Assembly (NCBI GenBank): GCA_964016885.1
Contig: OZ024747.1
Coordinates: 20,336,001 to 20,400,000, forward strand
Source: Eledone cirrhosa
Lineage: Eukaryota
Length of the DNA stretch: 64,000 bases
Reading direction: 5' to 3'
How positions within the stretch are numbered: the first letter of the stretch is position 1; each line of letters begins with the position of its first letter. Both the position numbers and the translations under genes were made by a program. Below, piece by piece: positions 12,147 through 26,921 of the stretch. The notes beneath the pieces are model-generated. The model was not told the DNA's origin. It made no database searches and was given only the letters and a program-made list of their open reading frames with translations.

Positions 12147-12936
12147 AATAAATGTAATCTGGGTTTTTCGAATATTAATAATAACATTCGACTCATTTGC
12201 AATTATGCAAACAAACCTCAATTGTATAGCCATGTCAGTAGAATGACCTTTCATTCTTGCTCTTGTGTTGGCATGGGAACAGAACTGCAGACACTAATAT
12301 TTCTTTGTATCAACCTTCATCAATACAGCTCAGTGTTCACTTGCCAAACTGTGAGAGCTAATGAAAATATATGCTATTTTCAAAAATACACAGTGACTGA
12401 TCGACCTGATTTGCATATTAGCAGACTGGCCAGTCAGTTTCCAGTACACGAGCGATAAATGGCCGGCTTTGCCAAATTCAAATAAAAAGAACATTTTCGC
12501 TCTACATGGCTGAATACAATAAATGTAATCTGAGTTTTTCGAATATTAATAATAACATTCGGATTCGTTTGCAATTATGCAAACAAGCCTCAATTTTATA
12601 GCCATGTCAGTAAAATGAACTCTTCATTCTTGCTCTTGTGTTGGCATGTGAACATAACTGTGTATTTTGAAATTAGCATATATTTACACAAGCTCTGGCA
12701 GTTTGGCAGGTGAACAGTGAGCTGTACTAATGAAGGGTGATACCCAGAAACATTACTGTCTGCAGTTCTGTTCACATGCCAACACAAGAGCAAGAATGAA
12801 GGGTTCATTCTCCTGACATGGCTATAAAATTGAGGCGTGTTTGCATAATTGCAAACGAATCGAATGTTATTATACATATTAGAAAAACTCAGATCACTTT
12901 TATTGTATTCAGCCATGTAGAGCAAAAACTTTCTTT
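12147..12936 (-). mobile_element. Fold-back HHR retroposon (family F): 371-bp terminally redundant unit plus inverted arm
   Basis: 12147-12287 is repeated at 12518-12660 (period 371). ~12657-12936 is an inverted copy. HHR copies at ~12270-12340 (-) and 12710-12775 (+). Confidence 0.8.
12710..12775 (+). ncRNA. Type I hammerhead ribozyme (point-mutated core)
   Basis: GTGAACAG-tg-AGCTGTA-CTAATGA-aGGG-TGATA-CCCa-GAAA-CATTACTG-TC-TGCAGTT-CTGTTCAC. The sister copy has TTGATGA, so the consensus is CTGATGA. Bulged stem I. Confidence 0.75.
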
Positions 12937-13903
12937 ATATATATATAGAGAGAGAGAGAGAGCTTTCTAATTCAGCGAATACCAAACAGTGCTCGTGGTA
13001 TATTTCTCAGGTACTCTGTGGGTGCAAGTTGTAACCCAGGGCTGTTGTTTTCTTCTAAGCATTGATTCTACAACTCCTGTATGAATATTGTAGACGCTCT
13101 TTCAAACAGACTCTACCTTATGAGTTTAAAAATAAAGAAACCTGAAGTGCGTTCAAACCCGAAAACCGGTTCTAGCAACTCTCCTACACACATTTGAGAG
13201 AGAGAACTGGGAACAGATGACAACTAAATATGAAAACTAAATATGACAACAATTCACCTTTCCTTAAACTCTTTTCACCAGAAATCTTCTGCAGACCAGT
13301 TTTACTTTACAGTGACCAAACAGAGCGTATTTAAATTTAAAATATCCACTGAATTACAATCACACCTTTACCCCTATGCATTTTAGAAAGGTATAAATTG
13401 TAGCGACTATCTATAATATACATAATCTTTTAGACTGTGAGATTAAACATTATTGTTGCACACAAGGATTGTGTTTTGTATTCATTTTAGTCACATATTT
13501 TCGTTAAACTTTCCCAAGACCTTTTATATTTATATATTCTAAATAAAGCCTTCCCACATGAATGAAAAGTTTTGAGGCAATCAAATCAGTAAAATGAAAC
13601 CTATTTCTTCTCTTCATAAATATTTAACTCAATTCTATAGCATTTTCTGATCTCCTTTTATATTAATAAATGTTGATAACACAGCCGCCCAAGTGGTAGA
13701 TCCAAGAGGAAATGGAAATATGAGAAATATGAATACTTATTAAACGACAATCACCAAGTTCAATAATGCAATTGAAATATAATAGTAAGAGAGTTATTAC
13801 AGATATTACAGAGGAATACAAATCTATCATAAACAAAGGTAGTATGCGCCCTATAATTGATGTTTAATAGTTTAAATAGTAAATAAAATGTGATTAAAAC
13901 ATT

Positions 13904-14937
13904 CTAGCATTCTTTTAGTCTAGCATTCATTTAGTCTAGCATTCATTTAGTCTAGCATTATTTTGTCTAGCATTCATTTAGTCTAGCATTCATTTAGTCT
14001 AGAATTCATTTAGTCTAGCATTCATTTGGCCTAGCATTCTTTTAGTCTAGCATTCATTTAGCCTAGCATTCATTTAGTCTAGCATTATTTTAGTTTAGTA
14101 TTCATTTAGTCTAGCATTCTTTTGTTCTAGCATTCTGTTAGTCTAGCATTCTTTTGGTCTATCATTCATTTAGTCTAGCATTCTTTTGGTCTAGCATTAA
14201 GTTAGTCTAGCATTCTTTTAATCTAGCATTCTTTTTGTTTAGCATTATTTTAGTTTAGCATTCATTTAGTCCAGTATTCTTTTAGTCTCGCATTCATTTG
14301 GTCTAGGATTCTTTTAGTCTAGCATTCATTTAATCTATCATTCATTTAGTCTAGCATTCATTTAGTCTAGAATTGTTTTAGTCTACCATTCAGTTTGTCT
14401 AGCATTCTTTTAGTTTAGCATTCATTGAGTTTAGCATTCTTTTGTTGTAGCATTCTTTTAGTATAGCATTCTTTTGGTCTAGCATTCTTTTGGTCTAGCA
14501 TTCATTTAATCTGGCATTCTTTTGGTCTAACATTATTTCAGTCTAGCATTCTTTTAGTCTAGCATTCTTTTAGTCTAGCATTTTTTTAGTTTAGCATCTA
14601 TTTAGTCTAGCATTCTTTTAGTTTAGCATTCATTTAGTCCAGCTTTCTTTTAGTCTAGCATTCATTTGGTCTAGCATTCTTTTAGTCTACCATTCATTTT
14701 GTCTAGCATTCATTTAGTTTACCATTCAGTTAGTCTACCATTCAGTTAGTCTAGCATTTTTTAGTCTAGCATTCTTTTAGTTTAGAATTCATTTAGTCTA
14801 GCATTCTTTTGGTCTAGCATTCTTTTAGTCTAGCATTCTTTTAGTCTAGCAATCTTTTAGTCCAACATTCATTTAGGCTAGCATTGTTTTAGTCTAGCAT
14901 TCTTTTCCTCTAGCATTCTTTTTGTCTAGCATTATTT
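13904..14937. repeat. 16-bp tandem satellite, ~64 copies, consensus GTCTAGCATTC(A/T)TTTA
   Basis: Direct inspection. Confidence 0.95.
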
Positions 14938-14947
14938 TAACCACTAG

Positions 14948-15106
14948 TATATCAATGGATTAATAAACGCTTCATTGACTTGTGATACTGGGATCCCAGC
15001 TTTAGGTAACATGTATATGCCTAAGAACTCTAGGATTATAGGCTTGAGCCCTAACATTGTGACATTCGTCAAACAAATGCAAATAAAAAAATTTACAAAT
15101 ATAAGC
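14948..15106 (+). other. Candidate coding exon (unidentified gene or pseudogene)
   Basis: AG|...|GTAAGT boundaries and a 159-nt open phase-0 frame: YINGLINASLTCDTGIPALGNMYMPKNSRIIGLSPNIVTFVKQMQIKKFTNIS. Confidence 0.35.
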
Positions 15107-15467
15107 GTAAGTATATGTACACATATATTCTAAGGAATGACAGATAGCTATAAAGAAGTGTCTGACAATGCGTATAGCGAATAAAACAGATAAAAACATT
15201 TTTGCGTTTGCATAAATCTGAACATCAGATGTTTATATAAAATCCAACAAATGTCAAAAATAAGATCGTCATATGAAGCAGCGCTTTAAATAAAATATGC
15301 CAAGTCTTCCAAATTATAGTGTCTTTATTCCAAGTCATAAAAGATAATGAAGCAAAGTATTATATTAGAAAGAAAACAGCTATTTCACTTCTCAATGAAA
15401 TATTGATAAAAATTGTGACAGATTTGATGACAAGTTTTCCTAAATAAAAATGATATGTTCAATTTAG

Positions 15468-15602
15468 AATCACGAAACAAAATGTTGATATCAATGTTTT
15501 TGGTAGGCTGTTGGAATCGATATTATATCAGAGTTCTTCTGTCATATATGGCAATGACGGGAAGCAAGAAAATGAATTTGCGGAAGCCATAGGTGCCTTC
15601 AA
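15468..15602 (+). other. Candidate coding exon
   Basis: tttag|...|gtaaat boundaries and a 135-nt open frame: ITKQNVDINVFGRLLESILYQSSSVIYGNDGKQENEFAEAIGAF. Confidence 0.3.
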
Positions 15603-16806
15603 GTAAATAAATCGTCTAGAAATGAATTATATATATGCGGTTTAATAGAATAAATGATAGTGTAAAAGAAAAGCAGATTGTATGGAGAAATTAGTTTATT
15701 GTCATCTATATCTGGTATAAAAGAGAAAACCTTTATTTACAGGAACATTCAGTTATTTAATGAGACAGAGTGATGTTTCCTTCTATGCCAGCTTCCAAAC
15801 CTACCATTCGCATTCACAATATCTTAAACAATATGACGCATCATAAACAAACAAGTGAAATTTCATTCTATGCAATCCTCTGTTAGAACTAGTAAGATTG
15901 AATTCATAACGTAATAACAATGCTATATGACCAAAAAGAAATACATCTAGTGTAATATATTTTTGATTTTGTTGTTATAGGTTTTAGCCCCTATTAATAT
16001 AATCTATGATCTGATTAATACCAGCGAAGTGTATGTACAATATGTTGATCCTAGTGAAATGTATACACAAAATCTTTTATGTATAATATACATATATGCA
16101 GGTTTCACTAGCTGTTGCAGGATAACAGCTTAAAAGATACATAGTGAGACATATATATGATTTTTATGCATAAACATACATATGCCTACTTCTGCAGCCC
16201 TCTCTTATGAATCACGTTATGTTGAAGCTACTGCTAATATGACCATATGTTTTCCAACTAATTTTTTTTTTTTAAAGATAGGTTGTAGTTTGTAGGCGAT
16301 TAGCTTTGAGTTTCTAGCAGGCTAAGTAACATCTTAGTACATCTGTCTTTCACATGTATTACCCTTGACATCAAGAAAACCTTTGTTAGCAAATGCTCAA
16401 CTGTGAATTCAATCGCCAAGAGGAAATGTGAGCCAGTGAACGTAAATAGAGGTTTGATAGAATTAATCTCTTCTGCAGAAAATATACATGTACTGCCATC
16501 TCAATACACGCAACCAGATAAAATGGACTACATAGATACTGAGCTTCTATCCTGCTGTACAAATATTACTGACATGGCAAAAATCTTGACCTTACTCTTT
16601 AGAGTCAAGAGGCTTTCTAAAGGAAAATCTTGTATTCTTATTAATTCAATATGAATGAAGCATGATATACACCGGTGCCATATGCATCCGGGCCTGGGTG
16701 ACTGTTTAATACACAACATATATATATAATTTATGATAAACACAAACATCTGAGTGACCATACACCCGTCGCAAGCAGCGATTCTTTGCTTAAACTTTAA
16801 TCTGTC

Positions 16807-16909
<103 letters not shown>

Positions 16910-18789
16910 TATATATATATATATATACATTGCGAAGAGTGTATGGTGACTCAGATATTTGTTTTTATCTCAAATATATATTGATACAAATGTGATAAAA
17001 TGTAATAATATTATATTTTACAAACATCAACTCTGCTATGTTTTCCATTAATAAACTCTAAATGTGGTCACGATTCATGTCCGTATTATTTAAATAACTA
17101 ATTAGTTATCATATTCAAAGACTCTCATCGCAGACAGATGACTAGAAATCCGTGGAAAGATCACAGAATAGTGACAAAGCACTTTGATATGAATAGCAAA
17201 ATAATCAATTCATTAAATATTTAATTGATTAATTATTTTAATTAATAAAGAGTAGTCGGAAATGAATATAACCGTTCGTGATGCGTATGGCAGAGATTAT
17301 GTTTCAAAATTATGATTCCAAGTAGGGGATTTATCATCAATGCGAAATGCTTGATATATAAATATTGAATTTAGTGTTGAAATAATTGTTATGGCGCACA
17401 ATATTCTAAAGTTTTGAATGAAAGACCTTATTTTAATAACTAAAATTATATTAGTCATTTCAGCATGTGAGTAATGTCAGCCGAGCATGTTTCAGTATTA
17501 AACTTGCCGAACTAGTGATGAGGTTTTAAGTGTAATAAAATTCATGCGTATAATTATCATATTTACAAAATATAAAACTAAGGTCGAATGCTTAAAAATG
17601 CATTGCTCCTCATAAGAAAATCGTTAAGTTATTATACCATAATCAACATAGAAATAATTACGCTGCAACCAAGGAGCAATCCAGTGGCTTATAGAAGAGA
17701 GAATTATTTACACCATGTAGCGGAATAACACTTTTTATAGATTCATTCAACAAAGAATTATTAACACAGTAAATCAGGCATGGGCACCATTTTTGAGTAG
17801 TGAGCCACATAGAATGTAGCTCAAAATAAGATGAGCCACACTACTAAATATTTCAATTTTGAAATTAGGTGTGCCATTCAGATAAAACCAAACGGCCACA
17901 GTTTGTCCTTGACAGAACAAAACTAGTACAAGGGTTATTGGTATAAGGCTATATGATAAATAGTTTATCACAAAATTATCGAAATGCTGAATCATTACGA
18001 TGCCAATCTAAATGAGGATTGTTATCCATGAGGGAATATAATAAACACGTTGTACTATAACAAACACTGCTGAAGTGAACCTATCTAGTATATGTTTATT
18101 CAACAGAGAAGCCGCGAAGAAAACCGAAGTGTAAGGATAAAACAATAAAACAAAATGTAATGAAATATATGGCTTAACAAACCATATATGTGGCTGTAGT
18201 AATAGAAACGAATCCCCAAGTTAGATGCTCATTAGTGGCAGAATATCAAGGGAATCTTATTGGTTTTCTGAAAAGAATGGTTTTCATTTAATGAGATGTT
18301 GGTCAATTTAAAACAAACTGAAGCAATAAATTAGACTCTTTCCTCGGGATACTACTTTAACTAGCACATATCTTCTTTAATGTAATCCCTTGTATATAAA
18401 GCTTCATTCTACAGGAATCTTTATATCCGTATGAAAAATGTTTCAACATCACATTAGTTCTGTTCATTTTCATGAAAACCATAACAACATCAACGACAAA
18501 AGCCACCAACAACTTATATGTAGCCACCACCACCTCAAAACGCGGCATAATAACGGCACAAATAACGGCACAAATAACGGCATAATGAATTTCCAGAAAG
18601 TGGAGCTTGTGCCCAGTATCTCGACCAATGAGAAATAGTCACCAAATCTCCTTCCAGTCATATCCAATCATATAAATATAAAATATATATTGGATTATGT
18701 AGTCCTAAGTACATTGAGTTGTCTAGAAAAAGGCGAGTTGTTTATACATAGAACCGTCGTTTGTCATTTCCACACTTGTATAACATAAT

Positions 18790-18979
18790 TTTTTCTACTT
18801 CTGTTTGGCACAAGGCCAGCAATTACCCAGTACATTACTGGTACTTTATTTTATCGACCCCGTAAGGATGAAAGGCAAAGTTAACCTCGGCGGGATTTGA
18901 ACTCAGAATGGCAAGGGCCGTAACTCTATGCGTCAAAGCATGGCGTCCGACCCTCTACCGATACTGCCAATCCACCGCC
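18790..18979 (-). mobile_element. Full-length Nin/Deu-domain tRNA-SINE with TSD
   Basis: Reverse complement of the 27805 family. TSD CACTT(G/A)TATAACATAAT at 18773-18789 and 18979-18995. Confidence 0.9.
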
Positions 18980-21373
18980 ACTTATATAACATAATGCAAT
19001 GATTATCATAATTTAGTCCCCTATATCATCATAACCATTAGTAATACATAATCATTAGTAATGCATATCTCCACTTAGACACTAAACCTTCAGTTGTTCA
19101 CCCAACAGAAATTCCACTAATTGAAATTAAAGTGTAAGCACCTGGATATCTCGTAGACTTCCTGCACTTTAAAATCATGGTTGCATTAACCATTAATGAA
19201 AATAAGCATATGCTTAGTGTATTTAGTGAAGAGTGGCACTATTTTATCTAAATTGCATATATTTGTCATTAAGAAAAAAAAAAAGATTTTTGCAGGCTTT
19301 ATTGCCGTAGGGTTTTACGTCCTCAATATTACTTAATCCAGGTCTGGGTTACATGGATATTCTATTTGTTAAAGCTGTCCTGTACTCTCTCGTGTATTTT
19401 CTATATACTGACACTTGAGCTGATATGGTCATTAAGCAAAGTAAGCACCTGCTTAGGATAGCTAGAGAAGAGGGACACCATTTTATTAAAATGAAATTTA
19501 TTTGTCATCCCACTTTTTGTTTAACACTTTAATCTTTTAAGTGCTTAAGAGCACACAAAAAATTAACATATTATTCGAGGGGGCGGGGAATAGTTGACAT
19601 TCAGGTATAATCCAAACGATTATTTTTTTTACTACATTTTCCTTCTACTCAAATGCATTCACACGTTTGGGTCCCCACTCAGCTATAATATAATATTTGC
19701 CTAACATGATATACAATAATATCAAACACAAAACCTCATAATTCTGAAGCGAACTTGTTACCCATTCACTTCTGCGTTCCCTTACGTCATGGTATTACCT
19801 GCACCATCTCTATTGTAATTATTCTAAGAGCGGACCTTTATGAATGAGGATAGGCAGAGAAGTTAGAGCGTCAAGCAAAAATGATTTTGCATGATATAGT
19901 TAGGACCCGTTACCTTGTAAGTTCATATTCCGCCAAGGTCAGCTATTTCCAAGGTCAATAAAACAGTAATATTTATATTCTTTGTAATCGACTTCCTCGC
20001 CCCACATGATAATTTCATATTTTACAAAACTTCACGCCATCCAACTTAAACATTCTTACTCTTCTCAATAAATGCTAAACTTACACATTTTAAAATATAT
20101 CGATATATATTAGATAACGCTAGTATATGACTAATAGTTTACCCTTTAAAACTGATAAATGTTCTGGTATAGCCATGTTATCTAAAATCGAAATGTATGT
20201 CTATTCCAATTAAATTCTTCCGATAAATCTGTCATTTAATCTTAAATCTTCAATATATTTCCTTGGGGTCTTAGAGGCTTTGTCTGCACTTTCTAACTGA
20301 AAAAATATTAAATTGAATTTTATCATTTTTCTTTAATTATTGTAATATTAGCTGAAGTTCATTTAAAAGAAAAATACAAAAACGTTGAGTACTCATGTAA
20401 TCTTTTTATTTTTTTTATTTTTAATACATATTCAGTAATAGAAAATGGTGGTGGAATGGCAGAGTTGGTAAAGTGTCAGATAAAATACAATTGTAATATT
20501 TATTCTGTCTGTTTACACACTGAGTTAAATCCAACCATGTTCGACTTTGCATATCAACCTTCCGGGATCGTGAGAATATAATCCCAGTCAATAAATGTTG
20601 TTGGTTCAATCACCTTCTTACTACCCTTCAAATGCCTTTGGCTGATTTAATAAACACCTTCGTCCTGTCCTCCAATATGTCTGGCCTTGTGCCTAAATTA
20701 GAAATCAATAATTATTTAGTGAGAGAAAGAGATGGAATCAATCCCCATGATAATTTTAGGAATAGAAACTTTTGTAATATTCTAAGATTTGCAAAGCAAG
20801 TGAATTATGTTATTTTTTAAAAACAGATTTTGTTAGTAGTTTCTAATTTCATAGTCTTATCTTTGATGGCTATTTAAGTATATAGTTAATAGCTATAGCC
20901 AAGCCACGTGGATTTCATAATCTTACATCTTCCCTTTAGCTGTAACAACTGTTTAGTCTAGACGTTATTTCCCTATACAATGAAATACATTAAAGTTTTT
21001 TTTAGTAGTTATTAATCATCATTAAGACTAGTTTACTGAAGTGTTATAACTGTGTTAATTAGCTAATATTTTTAATCGTGGTAAAAACGCGCTTTGAACA
21101 TTTAAGCAGGTAAAAATGTATATTTTCCTTAAATATAAATTTTGCTTGCTCTTAATTGTAATATACATAAGTATTGCACCTGAATAAAACATTGAATGAA
21201 AAATGCTCTACCAAATACGAATTTTAGCATGTATAAACTATATTTGAGCTGATTTAAGGTATAGTATGATTTAAATATGTTTTATTTCAAACCATTTTCA
21301 TACCCAACCAACACACGTATAATGGATAATTCAGCAGATAGTTACGAATAGATAAACTCCACACCATCTGATG

Positions 21374-21430
<57 letters not shown>

Positions 21431-21703
21431 CTCTCGTCCATGAATTCACCAAGCTTAAGCTTATAGATATCATGTACTTGTCTCTTCCTATCTTTCCGTT
21501 GCAATACCATCTTTGTTTGTTTACATGTCTCGCTCGCTTCCCGCTATTTTACTTGTCCCAATAACTTTATTTAGTTGCACCAACCAGAGGTATATGATTT
21601 TTAAAGCGATGAAATACCAATGAAGGTTGGAAGATCACTGATGAAGGACTAACTTTATTCATATGTAACCCATGTGCAACCACACAGCACTCCATTTTTC
21701 TTA

Positions 21704-21755
<52 letters not shown>

Positions 21756-21803
21756 ATCGTTATCTGGATGCACTCTTTAGATTTTGGTCTTCATATTTAT
21801 TAT

Positions 21804-21843
<40 letters not shown>

Positions 21844-21864
21844 GCACACACACAGAAACACACA

Positions 21865-22314
<450 letters not shown>

Positions 22315-23003
22315 GTACATATAAGTATAAGACAATCAGATGGTGTGGAGTTTATTTATTCGTAACTATCTGCTGAACATTCATTCTTTTGCTACTACTA
22401 GTTACTTTCGAACTTGAGTTACTCCAGATGTCGCAATGTTGAAATATTGGAGCGTGAAAATCTGTATATGGACGAAGGGAATTGTTACCTTCGAATTCGT
22501 TTACTCATGCATTATAAATAATATATATTTGCAGAGTGATATTTTCGGAGGTATGAATAACAATCCTGTTGATAAAAATGAAAGAAAAATTGTCATTTTT
22601 CTCTGGCGGAAACTAACGGAATTTGTGTGCGAACTTCAGACTATTTATTTCTAATAGACATTTTGTACATATTAACAATACATATGATTAACGAAAAAAT
22701 AATTAAATACTATATACAGAGAGACAGATATATATATATAAAGAAAATACGCAATACATTGTGTGAAGCATGATGCATGATAACCCCAACAAAACTAATT
22801 GGTGAAGTTCGTTGTTGTTTTACAGGCCAACTCGGCTTTAGTTTTGAAGCACTTTCTTGATTTTTACTTTGTCTTGTGCGATATAGATTTGGTGAGTGGT
22901 ATTCAACGTAAGTGTGTGGATGACATTGGAGTGATGAAGATTTCATTATGCTCGGATTAAGGCAATTGCCGGTTTAGTTACAACCCTCTCTCTCTCACTC
23001 TCT

Positions 23004-23145
<142 letters not shown>

Positions 23146-23452
23146 GTGTGTGTGTGCCTGTATGTGTATGTATACACACAGTCACACACATCTCTCTCTC
23201 TCCTCTCTCTCTCTCTATATATATATATAATATATTTATATATATGTTGATGTGTGTGTGTGTGTATCTGTGTGTATGCATACACATACGTGCACGTCCC
23301 CCGCCACACACATACATACACACGATAATCTATATGAACATGGAAGCCATAAATATTGCGTTTATCGACATATCAAACACTGAACCATCTATGTATTTTG
23401 TTGCCGGTGGATGAACACATATAATTGTTGCTTTATCGTGAGAAAATGTATA

Positions 23453-23571
<119 letters not shown>

Positions 23572-24044
23572 CCACACTCACACACCTCCACACTCACATA
23601 GAGGCACACAATTCAAAACATATTATAAACAACACGCATACACACACACAGAGAAACACAAATGAATGTACTGACAATCCGCTCACATACACACAAGCAC
23701 AGAAGACATTAACATCAAATACTAACTCAATAGCACAATCACACAATTACACAGCCACTCTTCCACATGGAGTTAAATGCACATGACTGCACATATTAAT
23801 ACACCCTCACTTGCTTCATGGACACCCATAAAATCTATCAGTCTCCATTCACGAAACACAGGTTTTGTACACAACCAAAAAGAACTCTTGTTTCAACATG
23901 TATGAAAACCCTTTGTTTATTAGACTTTATATGTTCGTACACATATGGGTGTATGCAGTGTTTGTGTACACTCGCACACACACACGCACGCGCACACACA
24001 CACACACACATACACACACACGTACACATACACACACATATATA

Positions 24045-24062
24045 GAGAGATATAAACATATA

Positions 24063-24101
<39 letters not shown>

Positions 24102-24118
24102 ACAGGGAGAAAGAGACG

Positions 24119-24164
<46 letters not shown>

Positions 24165-24257
24165 ACACACAAACACATATATATATATATATAGATATAA
24201 CCATATATATATGTGTGTATATATATATATATATATGAAAACAGGGAGAAAGAGACG

Positions 24258-24297
<40 letters not shown>

Positions 24298-24428
24298 ACA
24301 CACACACACACACACACATGTATATATATAGATATAAACATATATATATGTGGGTGTGTATATATATATATATATATATATATGAAAACGGAGAAAGAGA
24401 CGATTATATATATATATATATATATATA

Positions 24429-24461
<33 letters not shown>

Positions 24462-24479
24462 GATATAAACATATATATA

Positions 24480-24524
<45 letters not shown>

Positions 24525-24560
24525 ACAGGGAGAAAGAGACGATTATATATATATATATAC

Positions 24561-24600
<40 letters not shown>
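24045..24600. repeat. ~140-bp compound tandem repeat, 4 copies
   Basis: GAAAACAGGGAGAAAGAGACGATT anchor at ~24098, 24237, 24384 and 24521, separated by variable (TA)n/(CA)n. Confidence 0.85.
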
Positions 24601-24609
<9 letters not shown>

Positions 24610-25069
24610 GTATATATAGTATATGTGTGTGTAAGTGTGTGAATGTGTGTGTATGTGTACATATGTGCGTATTTGAATTAATATATAAGTGAATTCTAAT
24701 TTCACGAAATTTATAGCAGACTTGATGACAATGATGATGAAGATGACGATGACGATGATGATGATGACAATGATGATGAAGATGACGATGACGATGATGA
24801 TGACGGTACTGATAAAGAGATTAATAATATCGATGTGAAAAAGGACAACTATTATAATGTAGAAGATATGAACAGTTATATTAACAGCAATGATGCAAAT
24901 TGGTATAGTAAACCATTAAAACCAGACGAAACTATTGATAAATGAAACAACAGTGCAAAAACAAGTCAGACAATTAACATAGACATAGGTGTAATAGCAA
25001 CAGAGTTTCCTGACCATATTATAATTCTCTCTAGCCATTCTACCAATCCACCAACCTAGAAATTATATC

Positions 25070-25240
25070 AATAATTGTTTCTACTGTTGGCACAAGGCTA
25101 TCAATTATCCCAGTGCATTACTGGTACTTTATTTTATCGACCCCGTAAGGATGAAAGGCAAAGTTAACCTCGGCGGGATTTGAACTCAGACTGTAAAGGG
25201 ACGTAACTATGCTAGAAAGCATGTCGTCCAACCCTCTTCC
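25070..25240 (-). mobile_element. Nin/Deu-domain tRNA-SINE
   Basis: CTGGTACTTTATTTTATCGACCCCGTAAGGATGAAAGGCAAAG core. Confidence 0.85.
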
Positions 25241-25250
25241 TTCAATATAA

Positions 25251-26200
25251 TCTATATATATAAAACTGTGGTTGTCTGTCTGTCTATCGATTTTTGGCAC
25301 ACATCTCCTCTTAGAATCTCTCACGGAATTGCACCGAAATTGCTATACTTGTACATTGAGCCCTAGCGAAGACATCGGAAAAAAAAATTTCAAATTCACC
25401 CACCCTATGTGACGAAATCGAATATAATGTATCGATTTTTGAGCGTAAGTTATCAGTTATTTCCCTTTGTTCTGTTTACATTGAGCGTCTTACGTAAAAA
25501 ATTACGCTGGCTTTCTCAGCGTTTAAAATGACATTAACACAATACACGAAGCTTCCGTTTTGCTTCATTTCCATTTAAAAGCATTTTAAAACAATATTTT
25601 TACTTGAAAACAAGTCTATTTAAAGACTACGTAAAACAAGCAAATATTTCGTCGTTAGGCGTGCAGACAGACAGTCGTGCAGAGAGGTGATATACGCGTG
25701 CAGACAGACAGTCGTGCAGAGAGGTGATATAGGCGTGCAGACAGACAGTCGTGCAGAGAGGTGATATAGGCGTGCAGACAGACAGTCGTGCAGAGAGGTG
25801 ATATAGGCGTGCAGACAGACAGTCGTGCAGAGAGGTGATATAGGCGTGCAGACAGACAGTCGTGCAGAGAGGTGATATAGGCGTGCAGACAGACATAACT
25901 GATAATTTGGTTACGCCAATGTTTTTCTCTGCGTTGCAGTGTTTACATTTTCGATCTTTGTTAATAAATAACCAGTGCAGTTTCTATCCCCAGCATCCTC
26001 TTTTGTTATAACATTCGGGTTATCGTTATGTTTTCTTAACTTCATAAGGCATATTGTTGGTTGAGGGAATATTAATCAAAAACACCACATGCAAGTCTGC
26101 ACAGTAGACACTACAGTTTTTAAGCCAAAAAAGAAACTTAACATTGTAACTTTAACACAGCTACTGAGCGACCCCGAGCAACGCCGGGCTTTACTGCTAG
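25251..26200 (+). mobile_element. Non-autonomous Helitron
   Basis: 5' end A|TCTATATATATAAAA. 3' GC hairpin CCCGAGCAACGCCGGG followed by CTAG|T. No TSD. Confidence 0.85.
25657..25895. repeat. 37-bp minisatellite, ~6.4 copies, inside the Helitron
   Basis: Unit AGGCGTGCAGACAGACAGTCGTGCAGAGAGGTGATAT; copies nearly identical. Confidence 0.95.
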
Positions 26201-26445
26201 TATAATATAACATTAACTATACTATTTTTAGCGTGACTATTTGAAATGTTGATGAACGAGATTGAACTCTGTAAAACTGCTATAGACTTAATCCTTCCCT
26301 CTCTATGTATATTTTTTCTCCTCCATTTCCCTCAGACCATAAAGGGCCCTAACTCTTTGCTGCAAAGCATGATGTCCGACCCTCTACCGATACTGCCAAT
26401 CCAATGTTAACTAATAAAGGCAGATTACCGCGGGTGCGGGTTCAG

Positions 26446-26542
26446 CTTAACTGGTACTTTGAGGGTCCAATACTTAACTGGTACTTTGAGGGTCCAATAC
26501 TTAACTGGTACTTTGAGGGTCCAATACTTAACTGGTACTTTG
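26446..26542. repeat. 27-bp tandem repeat, ~3.6 copies, in an old SINE remnant
   Basis: Unit CTTAACTGGTACTTTGAGGGTCCAATA. Confidence 0.9.
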
Positions 26543-26794
26543 TTTTATCGACATCGGAAGGAACAATGGCAAAATTGTCCTCGGCAGTATTTGTATTAAG
26601 AACGTAGTAGAATCATATCTAAATACCACAAACGTATATAGTCCGATGCTGCACCGACTCAGCCAATCCAGTGCCCTAGTAAAAATACAAATAATGATTG
26701 GTCACATAAGTATGCAGCCATAAAATGAGAAAGACAAAGTCAACATCAGCAGAGTTTCACCCCAGAATATCTATTTTCATTATTAGTGTCCCTT

Positions 26795-26921
26795 TATGAT
26801 CTGAGTTCAAATCCCGCCGAGGTTAACTTTGCTTTTCATCCTTGCGGGGTCGCTAAAATAAAGTACCAGTAATGTACTGGGTATTTGCTGGCCATGTGCC
26901 AAAAAATAGAAACAATTATTA
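26795..26921 (+). mobile_element. Nin/Deu-domain SINE, 5'-truncated
   Basis: Matches 27872-27995. Confidence 0.85.

Noticed and set aside
21633-21680. CTGATGA as a hammerhead core
   Set aside because: No downstream GAAA and no closing stems.
24098-24545. Constant 24-bp motif with variable spacers, CRISPR-like
   Set aside because: The spacers are homologous microsatellite blocks, the context is eukaryotic and there are no cas genes; it is a compound tandem repeat.
25657-25895. 37-bp repeat as a CRISPR array
   Set aside because: The units are contiguous, with no unique spacers.
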